Positions 27,551-41,464 of a stretch of 64,000 bases of DNA are shown piece after piece. Origin of the DNA: Laetmonice hystrix (taxonomy: Eukaryota); assembly GCA_965235115.1 (NCBI GenBank), contig OZ249441.1, forward strand, positions 6,200,001 through 6,264,000, given 5' to 3'. The first letter of the stretch is position 1; each line of letters starts with the position of its first letter. Below the pieces are notes generated by a model. The model saw nothing but the letters and a program-made list of their open reading frames with translations, ran no database searches and was not told where the DNA came from. The translations under genes and the position numbers were made by a program.

Positions 27551-29760
27551 CTGAAAACACCACAAACGTCACGAATTTACTCTCAGGCACCTTTATACAT
27601 ATATAGCTTGTACCAAAATCTCTAAATAGGTACTTCAATTTGAGGAAGAAGCAAGTCATCTCATATGCATACCATTATGCAGTTATAAAAATTGGGCCGA
27701 TACAGAGAAAGAACTTTTCATATGAGCCCAAATATTCCGACATTTAATTCCACTTCCGATAATTTCCACCAATGGTGTTTTCCTCTTGCATTAGAAAATT
27801 TACCAATTTCTTCCTAAAGACACAATAACATTGAACATCATCACACGATATTACAACACAGATAAATGACACATGAAGCAGAGGGCCAATAACCTGTTAC
27901 AAATTGTCACAAGGCCATAGTAACTCCTTATTCCTCATACCATATAATCTGTCCTAGAATTTAAGAGAGAGACAAAACCACCTCTCCTGGCTCAGGACAG
28001 AACGGTCAGGTGTCCGGGGTCAGGGGTCAGAGATAGTTAACAGGATCTAGTCAGCCTGATGTGTGGAACTGTAGTTTCCGTGGTATTGTCACCATATCCA
28101 CATGAATACAGTGTAGGATCCCCTCTCCCTCCACATCAAGATAACCCTTATTGTCAATTTTGTTATATATTCCTTGCACCATAACACATAGCCTATCTTG
28201 ATTTCAATGAATATGACCTCGCGGGTGCTCGGAATTACCCATCAATACCTAAAATAACTGAACAGTGTTGTTGCTGTCCCGATCACATTTTATTTCTAGG
28301 AACTGGCGTTAGTTTCGAAATTTTCAAGATGAGTCCCTTCTTAAATCTTAGCCCCTTCATCCGTTGTCAATGTGCGGGAACGTCAAAGCAATGACTGTGT
28401 AGACCTATCCGTCCTCCTTCTGAATTCCTGTCACATGAAATGACTTCGCGTCAGTGGGAATCCCAAGCCCCGAAAACATTCAATTCTAAGCGTGCCACAT
28501 TCCTTGTGACACAGTATCCTGTTTCTGGGCACCAAGGGTCAAACATATAAAGGGAACATATGGCTGACACACGCCCTGTCCTGGCAGCGTTTCTCCGGCA
28601 GGGGACGTGCTAGGGACAAACTGGCGGTGACACACCGTTGTTATATCAAACTGGCGCTGACACACGGTTGTTATATCTGCCGGGCTGAGTTTGGTAGATT
28701 TGTTGGTACCCACGGTATCATTCTGTTCGCCAGGCGTGAAGCTGTCTCTCTGACAGATGTACGTCCGTATATGGCGGTCCAGCTTCCGATCCTTGCTCCC
28801 CCACCACTTGTAACCAGCAGACCGTGAACGGTTTGCTCCAGACAAACCTCTACGTTCGCATTCATGTACCGGGCGAGGACGTATTCTAATGAAGATTTTG
28901 ATCCTTACAAAGCTGGTCATTCACGCCCTCATAGATTAATGACGTCACAAATAAAACACCAGTTAACGATGAAAGTAAAATTACACCTGAAACGGTCATG
29001 TTTACCTTCTTCTGGTAATTAGAGAAATAATTGTCTACACATCGGTGGTGAGTCAGGGTCTCATAAATATTACCCTGGAACCTATCCTTATCTGATTCAC
29101 AGGCAAGCTTGTGATAGTTGCTCATGCTTTCATACAACGTTTTTGTCCTTCCAAAATCATCCCATGTGTCATCTTAGAGCTGATCTGAAAATTTACAATC
29201 CTAATCACTAATTGTGATGGGCACTTCTGCTAACTCTAAATGTTAAATTATGGATCTGTGAATGACTAAATATGTACATTTCCATTTTAGTTATTGCTAT
29301 AAATTTATTTAGATCTTTGCTCACATTTGAAGAAATATCAAAATTAATCATCTCAGTTTTTTCCGCATAGGTCTCTTGGATATTTCACTGGTGCCCTAAT
29401 GCTAAACTTTTTATCTGTATCCGAGGTCCAGTATTAATGTAAGTTTGTGTGTGACATAAAACTTGGCACTATAAAAACGGACATTGTGGTTAATATAACG
29501 TATCTGAAAGGAAAGTGACACTTCTAGAACTTTTCGTTGATGTGTTTCCTAGTCAATTCTTAAATTGTTTTAAATTATTAGAACTGTAGTTTCAGGCCAT
29601 GTCTCCAAATCTTGAAAAACGCCATAAAAAGGTAATAAAAAGGCGTTAAATCTGCTGTTCTGTTTTTGTTGTTAGTGGGAGTTGTGGTGACTGAAACCAT
29701 TCGGAAATGAAGTACTTCCACACTCCGGTAAAACTGCTTCAAGGAAATAACATGGCTCGG

Positions 29761-30103
29761 CACCAGGATGTCATGTAGCGAACTCTGCCAACACTGTCGG
29801 GGTGACAGTGTGTGGTCTACATGGGTACCAGGATATCATGTAGAAAACTCTGCCAACACTGTCGGTGTGACAGTGTGTGGTCTACATGGGTACCAGGATA
29901 TCATGTAGAAAACTCTGCCAACACTGTCGGTGTGACAGTGTGTGGTCTGCATGGGTACCAGGATATCATGTAGCGAACTCTGCCAACACTGTCGGTGTGA
30001 CAGTGTGTGGTCTACATGGGTACCAGGATATCATGTAGAAAACTCTGCCAACACTGTCGGTGTGACAGTGTGTGGTCTACATGGGCACCAGGATGTCATG
30101 TAG
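29761..30103. repeat. 65-bp tandem repeat, ~5.3 copies
   Basis: (C/T)ACCAGGAT(G/A)TCATGTAG starts at 29761, 29826, 29891, 29956, 30021 and 30086. Confidence 0.96.
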
Positions 30104-30139
30104 ATACGTAAACATATCATGTAGATCAGACATCAGGTA

Positions 30140-30395
30140 GTCTATGGGGATACTAGGGTATCATGTAGCTATGTAAATATAGCTATGTAAACATATCAGA
30201 TATAATGTATCACCAATAGGTGGTCTATGGGGATACTAGGATATCATGTAGCTATGTAAATATAGCTATGTAAACATATCAGATAGAATGTATCACCAAT
30301 AGGGAGTCTATGGGGATACTAGGATATCATGTAGCTATGTAAATATAGCTATGTAAACATATCATAATGTATCGCTATGTAGCTATGTAAATATA
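30140..30395. repeat. 83-bp tandem repeat, ~3 copies
   Basis: GTCTATGGGGATACTAGG at 30140, 30223 and 30306. Confidence 0.93.
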
Positions 30396-30570
30396 TCAAG
30401 TATATTAGAGAGAGTGCTGATCTCATCATCAGGTGATCTACGGAGATTCAAGTGTCAACTGTCAATCTCAAGAAAGAGATCAGAAGACAAAACCATATTT
30501 AAACCAAATCTAGTTTGAGACATTTCGGCTCAGTTTGATCGCCGTACGTTAGACCATTTGAAACCAACTT

Positions 30571-30922
30571 CAGGTCACTGACAAGTAGACCTAGTGTCTG
30601 TCAGATTCCACCTCAGACAGACATTTGTCGAGTACGTTATGACAGGCGACTTTAACAGGTCACTGACGACTAGACCTAGTGTCTGTCAGATTCCACCTCA
30701 GACAGACATTTGTCGAGTAGGCCTACGTTATGACAGGCGACTTTAACAGGTAACTGACGACTAGACCTAGTGTCTGTCAGATTCCACCTCAGAGAGACAT
30801 TAAATGTCGAGTACGTTATGACAGACGACTATAACAGGTCACTGACGACTAGACCTAGTGTCTGTCAGATTCCACCTCAGAGAGACATTTGTCGAGTACG
30901 TTATGACAGGCGACTTTAACAG
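30571..30922. repeat. 85-91-bp tandem repeat, 4 copies
   Basis: CAGGT(C/A)ACTGAC..TAGACCTAGTGTCTGTCAGATTCCACCTCAG at 30571, 30656, 30747 and 30835. Confidence 0.95.
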
Positions 30923-33900
30923 TTTAATGTTGGCCCGCTGCCATCACCGAACGCTGACCCACTGAATGGTAAAATGATGAAGAGAACTTCACATCAATTT
31001 ATTTAACCCTATTTTGACTGACCTTTGCACCTTTGTACAAATGCATATTCAGAAAGGCATAAATTCAGATAGTGAGTCATACATTAAAATTAATTTTACA
31101 ATACAATGTCTAATTTACCTGTTTTAAATCGTGCAATCCTTGACTGAACGTAATGATCTATACACACCAGGCGCAAATGTAGCAACTCGTCTATACATAC
31201 ATGGATGCAAAGTGCGCGCACAAAGTGCTAGATTTATACAAGATAAAATAAATGAAAATGAAAAATGAACATGTACCTGCTCTTTGGATTGATGAGATAG
31301 GTTTGGTAAAGTTTCATGTTCTTATCCACATATGGAGTTTCCATCATCATGTCTGAGTAAGCATTTCCTGCTAGCCTCTTCCACAATCAGGCTGCAATAT
31401 TTCTCTGTCATTGAAGTTCACCAAAATCTGTGCTAACTCTTTCCGTTTGCTCACTTTGAGATGTCATCTGTTACGGTCAGCACACTCTGAGCTACTGGAT
31501 CCCGTGCTCAGCGCCCCTCCTGGTCAACCACGGTAATTGGACAGGTAATTTAGACCAATCAGATGCATCAGCAGCATTGAGCGCGGTCCGGTTGACCTTT
31601 GGTGACCTGTTGTTGCTGTGAACTCAGTGTGTCTGTTAATGTCAGTAGCTGACCCAAACTCGACGTGTTAAAACTATCAAACAACATGCCCCCCCCCCCG
31701 TTTGATTTCAATATCTTCCTGCCACATCCCTCATTATTAAAAAATGGCTATAAAGGTGGACATAATGAATATTAATATCACAGGGCCAAATGAGAAACGA
31801 GGGCAGCTTGGTGTGGTAGGAGTGTAAACATACCCAGGGCAGTGATCTCAAAGTTCTGGGTGGAGTCGGCCAAGAAAATACGCGGCTATTCCTGACGTGT
31901 TGCCAACTCCAAGATCCAGGTTAAGACAGTGGCCACTTACCTGGATCACACCTTGGATCATCCCTGGCACCTATCACACCTGGCCGCCCTGATCATTCTC
32001 TGCGTGACGCCTGCGGCTTGAGTCCCTTACAAGCGTCACCAACTGGGTAGTTTTATGTCTCCGAGGTAAATGGGATTAATCCAAAGGAGTACAATCCCCA
32101 CACTGAATGTTTACTGACCACTTGCCATTAAACAGTCGTGTGAACACCCTGGTCTGAGCTACAACAATCGGTACTCCTGCCACTTCACCTCCAGCTGTTC
32201 TGTGTCTCTTTAACTTCCAGAGACAGGCAGTAAGTATTCAATTGGAGCGAGTAGCACAATCGAGAACCTTACCACCTCAACATCACGGTTTTAAATTTTT
32301 ATCACTCCCAAACGTTGGAATCCCGAGATATCAGACAAACATCATGTCAACTGTCAACGTTTTCTAAAAGACTTTTATCATTAATCCACACAGCCCCTAT
32401 AATATTATATAGACCTCCGATTAATGGCCCAGAGTAGGCTCGAAAAAAACCAGAACACATTTCAGCCAAGAGAAAACTGGTGTCTGCCCCAAGTAACTGT
32501 TCTGCTGTTAAAATTTGTGTTACGGAATTCACAAGCACCATTTGTTTAATTCTGTAATGAAAAATAAAAGACTGTTTCTGATTTAAACTCAGAGCAGATG
32601 CTGTTCTGTCATGCGGCATTCACTCTCAGCAGAAGATTCCCCTTTTATTTAGCTCCACTCAGAACGTTGTTTGAGTTAATCACCCTGCTGTAATAGCTAG
32701 TTGTAACACACTGACAGACACTTGTAACACACATTGTCAGGCACTTGTATTACACATTGTTAAATTGGTACCTACATCCTTCATCCCCTAAATCACTAGT
32801 TGGACACTAACCACTGCTCTAACACTAAAACAAAATCTAATTTCCAACACGCCGCTTCACCTAAGTGGTAAAATTACATTTACGAGCCTCCAAACACAAA
32901 AGTCTGCAGCAATGGCAGTAAAATCTCCCATATCAAGGGCTGGACTAATGATGTAAATATCCTTTAACCGTGCGAGTTATAGCTTCCAGCTAACTGTAAA
33001 TGCTATAGCCGCCAGTGATTCTGACGGTGATACAGTTACTATGGATGACACGAGTCCACCTAGTGGTAAGAACATGAATTAGATACGAAAAGGGCCGTCG
33101 TAAACCGGTGTGTCCCGAGGCGAGTGTGACAGTGATAAACACACATCCATTCGTGTCTTCTTCACGCAAGAGTTCGATTATGTAATTCTACGGGTAATTG
33201 GGTAACAAAAACTAACTCCTTTTTGACCAAACTGCTCCCTGATACAGCACAGAGGAAGCATCATAAATCTGTTCTGTAGCTGCTGTCGTTAACCATGCCA
33301 GTGGAATATGTCAACGTTTCCCATATAGCCTACTTGTATCATTAATCCATCTCGCACAGCCCTATTATAGGCCCTATGAAATCAGAACACATTTCAGCCA
33401 CGAGAAACCTGGGGGGTGTTCCTCATCATGTCGTTAGCTTGTCCACTGTATTTTCAATGGGGATTTTAACGCACGACAAGATAACTACTGATGAGGAACA
33501 CACCCCTGGTGTGTGGTTTATAAAACTGTTCTACTGTAACTGTGCCCACCATGCCAGTGGGATTCTGTTTGCGCTCTGCCTCTGGAGCGGGGATTCTTAT
33601 CAAGGTACAATTAATGACTCTTACACCTGGCCAGGCCCTCATGGACGCTGCATGCATAGGTTGAAAAGAGCACTGTAGTCCTAGTGCCCAAAGTCTTGAA
33701 CCAGCGAATGAAACATTGAGATATTGGCCCAATCAGTAGGCGGTGGGGGGGGGGGGGGTAATTCTACAGGTCTAATAATTAATCACTGGGAGAAGACAGG
33801 TCGGCCACCATGACTGGGGACCACCGACCATCTACAGACATCTCGGCCTATATTTAGTAGTCAGCAAAAGTACAAGATTCTCTCCGGAACACTAAAAGGC

Positions 33901-34042
33901 TCCCTTTACTATGTCTGACCTTTCTGTACTCTTGCCTCACGTCGCGCTCAGTGATACGAGTAGATATGAAAGGTCGTGGATGCTGTGGCAACGACAGTCG
34001 AACCGAGGGAGATAAAGAGTGGCACTCCGGACTCGTCAGAGA

Positions 34043-34161
34043 CTAAAGCTGTGAACACATGTAGCGTTTCATTTCATTTTGGCGATGTTTTTGGCCGCTG
34101 CCGCATTGCCGCATTATCGTTGCCGTTGCCGCAAAAACGCTACATGTGTTCACAGCTTTAG
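34043..34161. mobile_element. Small hairpin MITE (119 bp)
   Basis: Perfect 27-bp inverted arms CTAAAGCTGTGAACACATGTAGCGTTT around a spacer with repeated TTGCCG. TSD ambiguous (TA or TWA). Confidence 0.7.
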
Positions 34162-35283
34162 ATTAAACTTTGAGGGTGTCTCAGACCATGCTGCACGGAT
34201 GTCTGATTGGTCTATGGGTCGTAGAGTCCTTAAAGGGGCGACAAGGATGATGCTTAGAGATTCATCCACGTCACCTAGCGCAATAAAAACGACGACACGT
34301 TAATCACTGGGACATTTCTATTGGATGTCAAGCTCTGTCAGTGTCGGCACTGCTGCCAATGTTACTAACACTGTGACCAAGCGTCAGGCAACCGTAAACC
34401 AACGATTGCTTCTTCAGCCTCAGGCCTGTCTGCATACAATACGGGGGGATTTCAATGGCCTTGCTAATTCTAAGCTACCACTCCCTGGTTAAGACGAAAC
34501 TCATGCCAAAAATCCCTTTAGCACAGCAATTTAAAGTTGATTGATTCCCCCAGACAACTCCGAATAAATGTCCGGGGGAAATTGCTGATTGACAATAGCT
34601 GCTAATTTACTGGTGTATCTTTCTTTCGGACAAATTTAAATTTGACATTTAAAAATACTGCTTCCAAAGCTCATTCACATTCTCGTCCATTAGGCTACCA
34701 TTCATATACCAACTTCCTATTCTAACTGAAAGGGAAATCATGGCGTGTGTGACCTTGCCAGCCTCGTAAACGGCATTACATTGACCTTAGGCGGCACATT
34801 CTTGTGTCGCATAGTATGCCACTTCACTGAAAAATTATTTTATAGGTCATCCTCGACGTCAAGGGCATGTTTGAAGTAACAGGTGCCTGAAGTTTTCAGT
34901 CAGTCAAAAATGGCTAATTCTCCTCATCGCCGGCAGTTTAAGACGCTGGATGTCCTGCAGCAATGATAACATCGGCCACCCATTGGTTGAACCGAATGGT
35001 ATCGTCAAGGTGATGGAGTCAGAGGTCATCTCCCTTGTACGCCTGTCACAAATAGATGAGCAGGTTCAGGTAGTCCCACTACCACCGCGTTATCAGGTAC
35101 TAATTGCATTATCTATAGGCCCACCTCAAGCCCGGTAAATTGCCCTTTTGGCCATCTGGATGTTGAGAGACTTGGCAGTTCATTGCATAATCCTGATCGT
35201 GAAGTGAGATATGATACAATGAGCTCACTCGTCAACCATGAAACATTCCGACAGCTTTCAGACCTAATCGTGTCCATTCCCAT

Positions 35284-35545
35284 GGATCTACTCCCCATGG
35301 AGATATCCACACGAAATTCTGCAGTTAGAACTAAAAGTCTACTCCCATTACTGGCCCTAAACCTTACCCTAACCCGTACCTCATGTCCCTAGACATCCAC
35401 ACCAAAAACGTTTCCATATCCCTAACCCTGCCCCTAACCCTGCCCCTAACACTACCCCTGGCCCTAACCCTGGCCCTAACCCTGCCTCTAACCCTTATAT
35501 GCCCTACCCCAATCCCTGGTAATGTCAGCACGGGGTGTATAGACC
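35284..35545. mobile_element. C-rich MITE-like element with telomere-like CCCTAA interior
   Basis: Weak inverted ends (GGATCTACTCCCCATG vs GGTCTATACACCCCGTG) around degenerate (CCCTAACCCTGC)n. Confidence 0.35.
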
Positions 35546-37591
35546 TACCCTTTACATTCACTCTGCCTCCTGTAAGTGGTACATGTATCTCAATGTAACC
35601 CGTCTATTTTATCCACTAGGTCTTCCTATCCTGGTTGTGTCGGGAGGTCAGCTTTCAGTCAGTACTTGGGGTCAGTATGTGTGTCACGATAATGTTGCAT
35701 TAAGGGGCGGACCTCCAGTTGACAAACATGGGCATAAATTGCTACCAACTGACAACTTAAACCTTACTTATACTAGTCTGCTTGTAGGTGGTCCGTACAG
35801 TTTACAAAATGTTATAATGTTTATTTCAACAGTCGGAAAATTATCTTACTTCCCTTACATTCACTACAGAGAAATAACAAACATTACACACGATAAATCG
35901 CCCACAAAACATTGCAGATTGCATGTACACAAGCACGTAACCTCGAAGCGTGCTTGTGAAAAGGTCTATAGGAGGGCCTATTTAAAACGACATTAAAACT
36001 GCAACAGCATGACATTTTGAACCCTATTATATGCGAGGAATCTCGGGACGATTTGTAGGCCTACTAGGTGACGCTAACGGTTACGGCTTCGGAACTTCCG
36101 CACCCAAAGGGGGGGGGGGGGCAGTTATTACTCTACCTTTTTAAACAACAACTTTCCTTTTCGTAATTATTGGAAGAATACACATCCCTATTTTTATCTG
36201 TCATATCTGCTCTATTTCTAGTGTAAACTCAATACTTGCTTAAACTTTTCCACCTCTATTCTATACCAGCATATCTTACATTATGCACTCTATGCCTGAA
36301 TTAAAAACGACAGTAAATCCTACGATCCACTGTTATTATCTATACACACTGCTGATGGCGTAATGAAGACGTGATTAGGAGTCTACAGCTTGGTCGGACA
36401 CCAGGTGGCGTAACGTCAGACTACAGTCTCGCTCTCACGTGATCGTTTTCACGCTCCGATTGGTGCACACTTAGCGTTATTACGTCGGGATGTCAGTGAA
36501 AACTCCTCCCTTGGCTGACTCTCAGTACGTCTAAGATTTCATGTTTAAATGACCAAAACGGAACATTTCCTGATTTAGATTGCTTGCTGAAGGAAACCAT
36601 CTGGAACCGGTTTCACTATTGAGTGTTTAGGGGCAGTCATGGTCCGTGCACTTTGAACTGCTTTGTCATTGATCTTTGTGTGGCAATATGCGCTTCATAC
36701 CTCTTGTAATGTAAGCTGTGGGATTCTTTACATTATAATTCTATCAATGAAAGAAAGTTCAGTGTTCAATCAGATTGACAGTTTCTTTAATATTAAGAAA
36801 CAGTTGCTGAAAGGATTAATTTAAGACCAGGAAATACCTGAGAAATCGCCGTATTTTTTCAGGTTATGGTTGACCTCATGAGTAAATCGATTGTAATCTA
36901 CACGTATATCCTATATTTTCTGATTAACTAAAATTACAAACATTCTCGCATATATATATACCCAGCGGGACGTCAAAATTCAGATAATGTAGACATTACT
37001 TTGAAAAGCCATATTTAAAATAGAAACAGTAAAATATAGTTCTTACTGACTCCACTGCTACATATTTACCGCGTTGGGCTACAATAGGCTCGAGGAGACC
37101 ACTACCCCCTTCATTTGCATAAGTATTATATCATCCAAAAGTGATTAACCGAGGCATTACTCAGACAGACGCTTGCATACTCTCTGACCCATCACTTAAG
37201 TCACACTTTTATAACGCCAATTTTTGTCGTTTCATAAGTTACTTCCCAGGCATCCTATTTCCGCGTTCAGAAACTGCGCACTTCACTGTCGTTCTGCCCG
37301 AGACCCCGACCCCTTCCTGCCAGTGTAAGCAGACCGAGAACCCCCCCCCCCCTCCATACAAACCGGCGGGGTGTATATGGTTTATTTTCCTTTCACCCAC
37401 GCATCATGACGGCTATTGTAGGACTCCTGGACTGGCCATTGTTGAAACGTGCAAGGCTTGGTGTTAGATGGCCAAAGGTGTCAACTGAGGAAATTATAGC
37501 GCTCGCTCTGCCTGGCCATGGCTGTGTCAACTACCCTGAGAAGGATTTGCCTTGGCTGCCCTGGCGGGGGGGGGGGGGGGGTGGCACTTAT

Positions 37592-38405
37592 GGTATGACA
37601 GGCTGTGGACGCCTCCACCATCCACCCTGGGTATGCCAGGCCGTGGATGTCTCCACCATCCACCCTGGGTATGCCAGGCCATGGATGCCTCCACCATCCA
37701 CCCTGGGTATGCCAGGCCATGGATGCCTCCACTATCCACCCTGGGTATGCCAGACCATGGATGCCTCCACCACCCACCCTGGGTATGCCAGGCCATGGAT
37801 GCCTCCACCATCCACCCTGGGTATGCCAGGCCATGGATGCCTCCACCATCAACCCTGGGTATGCCAGGCCGTGGATGGCTCCACCATCCACCCTGGGTAT
37901 GCCAGGCCATGGATGCCTCCACCATCCACCCTGGGTATGCCAGGCCGTGGATGCCTCCACCATCCACCCTGGGTATGCCAGGCCATGGATGCCTTCACCA
38001 CCCACCCTGGGTATGCCAGGCCGTGGAAGCCTCCACCACCCACCCTGGGTATGACAGGCTGTGGAAGCCTCCACCACCCACCCTGGGTATGCCAGGCTGT
38101 GGATGCCTCCACCATCCACCCTGGGTATCACAGGCCGTGGATGCCTCCACCATCCACCCTGGCTATGCCAGGCCGTGGATGCCTCCACCATCCACCCTGG
38201 GTATGCAAGGCCGTGGATGCCTCCACCATCCACCCTGGGTATGCCAGGCCATGGATGCCTCCACCATCCACCCTGGGATTACCAGGCCGTGGATGCCTCC
38301 ACCACCCACCCTGGGTATGCCAGGCCGTGGATGCCTCCACCATCCACCCTGGGTATGCCAGGCCGTGGATGCCTCCACCATCCACACTGGAATTGCCAGG
38401 CCGTG
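37592..38405. repeat. 38-bp minisatellite, ~21 copies
   Basis: Unit GGATGCCTCCACCATCCACCCTGGGTATGCCAGGCC(A/G)T; source of the long spurious ORFs on both strands. Confidence 0.97.
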
Positions 38406-39068
38406 CCTCTCCCCTGGGTGGCCAGAACGATCTCAATCGTAAGTATCATAGAACCTGTTTTTTTAGCTTGGCACGGCAGTAAATGCCTTCAAGGCGAAAA
38501 CATGTTCATAAATCTCCACTTTACTTCAGTCTTAAACACGCCATTCAACAGTTAATATCTGGATAATTACCACTGAAAACTCGTGCTCAATATCTGCGAC
38601 AGGAGGACAACTACTTTGATATGTCAACCTGAGTGGAAAATATTGTATAGTGTCCAAGTGGTCGAAATAAAAACTCTGAATGGTCAGTTTATTGGTTGTA
38701 AATATCATTAATGACTGCTTCAATATACACCCACCCACCCACCGACCTGCATGACACGATCAGGGTCATTAACTGTTACCAGTACCTCCGTGTCACGCAC
38801 CACAGTTAGCGTCTGTTTACCTGTCTATGTGTTCCTTCCCCTCCCGATAGGACATTATGTTACGTAAGGTGGTGTCATTATATCATACCTGTCAAACAGT
38901 TATGTCTGCCGTGAAATATATACGTCAGTCCTTGTCAAGTTTATAACCTGCACTATCCCTCAGTTATCAACCCTGTAAAGTTTATAATCGCTCAATGTTA
39001 AAGTGTCAGATTTGTGAGGTTATAAAGCCCTCTCAGCCCTGTATGATACATAAAGTACCCTATCCCCT

Positions 39069-40027
39069 AGTGCCAGCCCGGTCAGGTAATGCTCGCCGAC
39101 CCCCCAGTAACAGCCCGGTCAGGTATAGCTCGCCGACCCCCCAGTGCCTGCCCGGTCAGGTATTGCTCGCCGACCCCCCAGTACCAGCCCGGTCAGGTAA
39201 AGCTCGCCGACCCCCCAGTGCCAGCCCGGTCAGGTATTGCTCGCCGACCCCCCAGTAACAGCCCGGTCAGGTATTGCTCGCCGACCCCCCAGTGCCTGCC
39301 CGGTCAGGTATTGCTCGCCGACCCCCCAGTGCCTGCCCGGTCAGGTATAGCTCGCCGACCCCCCCAGTGCCTGCCCGGTCAGGTATTGCTCGCCGACCCC
39401 CCAGTGCCAGCCCGGTCAGGTATTGCTCGCCGACCCTCCAGTGCCAGCCCGGTCAGGTATTGCTCGCCGACCCCCCAGTGCCAGCCCGGTCAGGTATTGC
39501 TCGCCGACCCCCCAGTGCCTGCCCGGTCAGGTATAGCTCGCCGACCCCCCAGTGCCTGCCCGGTCAGGTATTGCTCGCCGACCCCCCAGTGCCAGCCCGG
39601 TCAGGTATAGCTCGCCGACCCCCCATTGCCTGCCCGGTCAGGTATTGCTCGCCGACCCCCCAGTGCCAGCCCGGTCAGGTATAGCTCGCCGACCCCCCAG
39701 TGTCAGCCCGGTCAGGTATTGCTCGCCGACCCCCCAGTGCCTGCCCGGTAAAGCTCGCCGACCCCCCAGTGCCAGCCCGGTCAGGTATTGCTCGCCGACC
39801 CCCCAGTGCCTGCCCGGTCAGGTATTGCTCGCCGACCCCCCAGTGCCTGCCCGGTAAAGCTCGCCGACCCCCCAGTGCCAGCCCGGTCAGGTATTGCTCG
39901 CCGACCCCCCAGCGCCAGCCCGGTCAGGTATTGCTCGCCGACCCCCCAGTGCCAGCCCGGTCAGGTATAGCTCGCCGACCCCCCAGTGCCTGCCCGGTAA
40001 AGCTCGCCGACCCCCCAATGCCAGCCC
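39069..40027. repeat. 37-bp GC-rich minisatellite, ~26 copies
   Basis: Unit GCC(A/T)GCCCGGTCAGGTA(T/A)(T/A)GCTCGCCGACCCCCCAGT, with occasional shortened units. Confidence 0.97.
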
Positions 40028-40700
40028 TGTTACGGCTTACTGTATCGTACCATTGAGCACTGACTACATGACTTGTTTACCTGTGCCTCAGGCTCGCACG
40101 CGATCCTAGTCACATCAACCCGCCGACTTTATCACAACTTGTGTTTTCTTTCTATTATTTACTTCTTTGCCGTCATTATGTATTTTTTACCTGCTACAGA
40201 ACGATCACATTGACTGAGAATCGCTCCCGGTCAACTGGACTCGAAGCAAGGTTTTAATCACAACCTTTGTAAGGAAGACACAGCAGCATTGTAGACGTTA
40301 TGTATGAGACTTGAGGGAGGACATCGGGCAAATTCCCTGGAAACCTCTCACACGAGCCTTGGGGGATGTATTAATTTGCTTTGGTAGTAGGAAGAAAATA
40401 GTACTGACTGAAAAACAGTATCAATGTCGTTTTGTTATCACAGAGTCTACCAACACTGTGGTTGTATAAGATTAAATAGACTTGGTCTGACTCAGTGTAT
40501 ATGATTCTCTCATCGCCCCCACCACAGATCTTACGTTATTCCCCACCATGACTTGGTAATAATGAAATGCGTACATATAAAACCGTAACATTGGACTTTC
40601 CAGAGGCGACTTGTAGAGCACCACCCGGGATGCCTCAGTGTTACGTTTCCTTTTATTTATATCATTACTTTTCTTCTCATATTCTTATAATTTGTATCTC

Positions 40701-41288
40701 GTTCAGAGCCATAGACACCAGAGCGATTATCCCATAGACCCCGTTCAGAGCCATAGACACCAGAGCGATTATCCCATAGACCCCGTTCAGAGCCATAGAG
40801 ACCAGAGCAATTATCCCATAGACCCCGTTCAGAGCCATAGACACCAGAGCGATTATCCCATAGACCCCGTTCAGAGCCATAGACACCAGAGCGATTATCC
40901 CATAGACCCCGTTCAGAGCTATAGACACTAGAGCGATTATCCCATAGACCCCGTTCAGAGCCATAGACACCAGGGCGATTATCCCATAGACCCCGTTCAG
41001 AGCCATAGACACCAGAGCGATTATCCCATAGACCCCGTTCAGAGCCATAGACACCAGAGCGATTATCCCATAGACCCCGTTCAGAGCCATAGACACCAGA
41101 GCGATTATCCCATAGACCCCGTTCAGAGCCATAGACACCAGAGCGATTATGCCATAGACCCCGTTCAGAGCCATAGACACCAGAGCGATTATCCCATAGA
41201 CCCTGTTCAGAGCCATAGACACCAGAGCGATTATCCCATAGATCCCGTTCAGAGCCATACACACCAGGGCGATTATCCCATAGACCCG
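40701..41288. repeat. 42-bp minisatellite, 14 copies
   Basis: Unit GTTCAGAGCCATAGACACCAGAGCGATTATCCCATAGACCCC. Confidence 0.97.
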
Positions 41289-41464
41289 TTTCCATTATCG
41301 GGCGACGGGTCGCGAGGGTATGTTTGCAGATTGAATTCTACCTTTAAATATAAAAAATCGCATTGAAAATCGCGCACGTGTGTACAGCCCTTAGTGATGA
41401 GGACCCTCCGATTGTACATTACCAGGGTAATGGTATCTATTGGCGGGTGTTGATATAGACTCAC

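Noticed and set aside
31936-31990. Strong minus-strand donor CAG|GTAAGT as another alternative exon
   Set aside because: The phase needed to join the 27550 exon has an in-frame TGA just upstream.
35354-35500. True telomere or chromosome-fusion site
   Set aside because: The tract is short and degenerate, is not a pure (TTAGGG)n run and has no head-to-head arrangement.
37406-38555. Long ORFs of 146-358 aa on both strands
   Set aside because: They are translations of the 38-bp minisatellite, open in several frames and on both strands, with no splice context.
39089-41295. Repetitive ORFs over the 37-bp and 42-bp arrays
   Set aside because: Stop-poor repeat units; no evidence of coding function.
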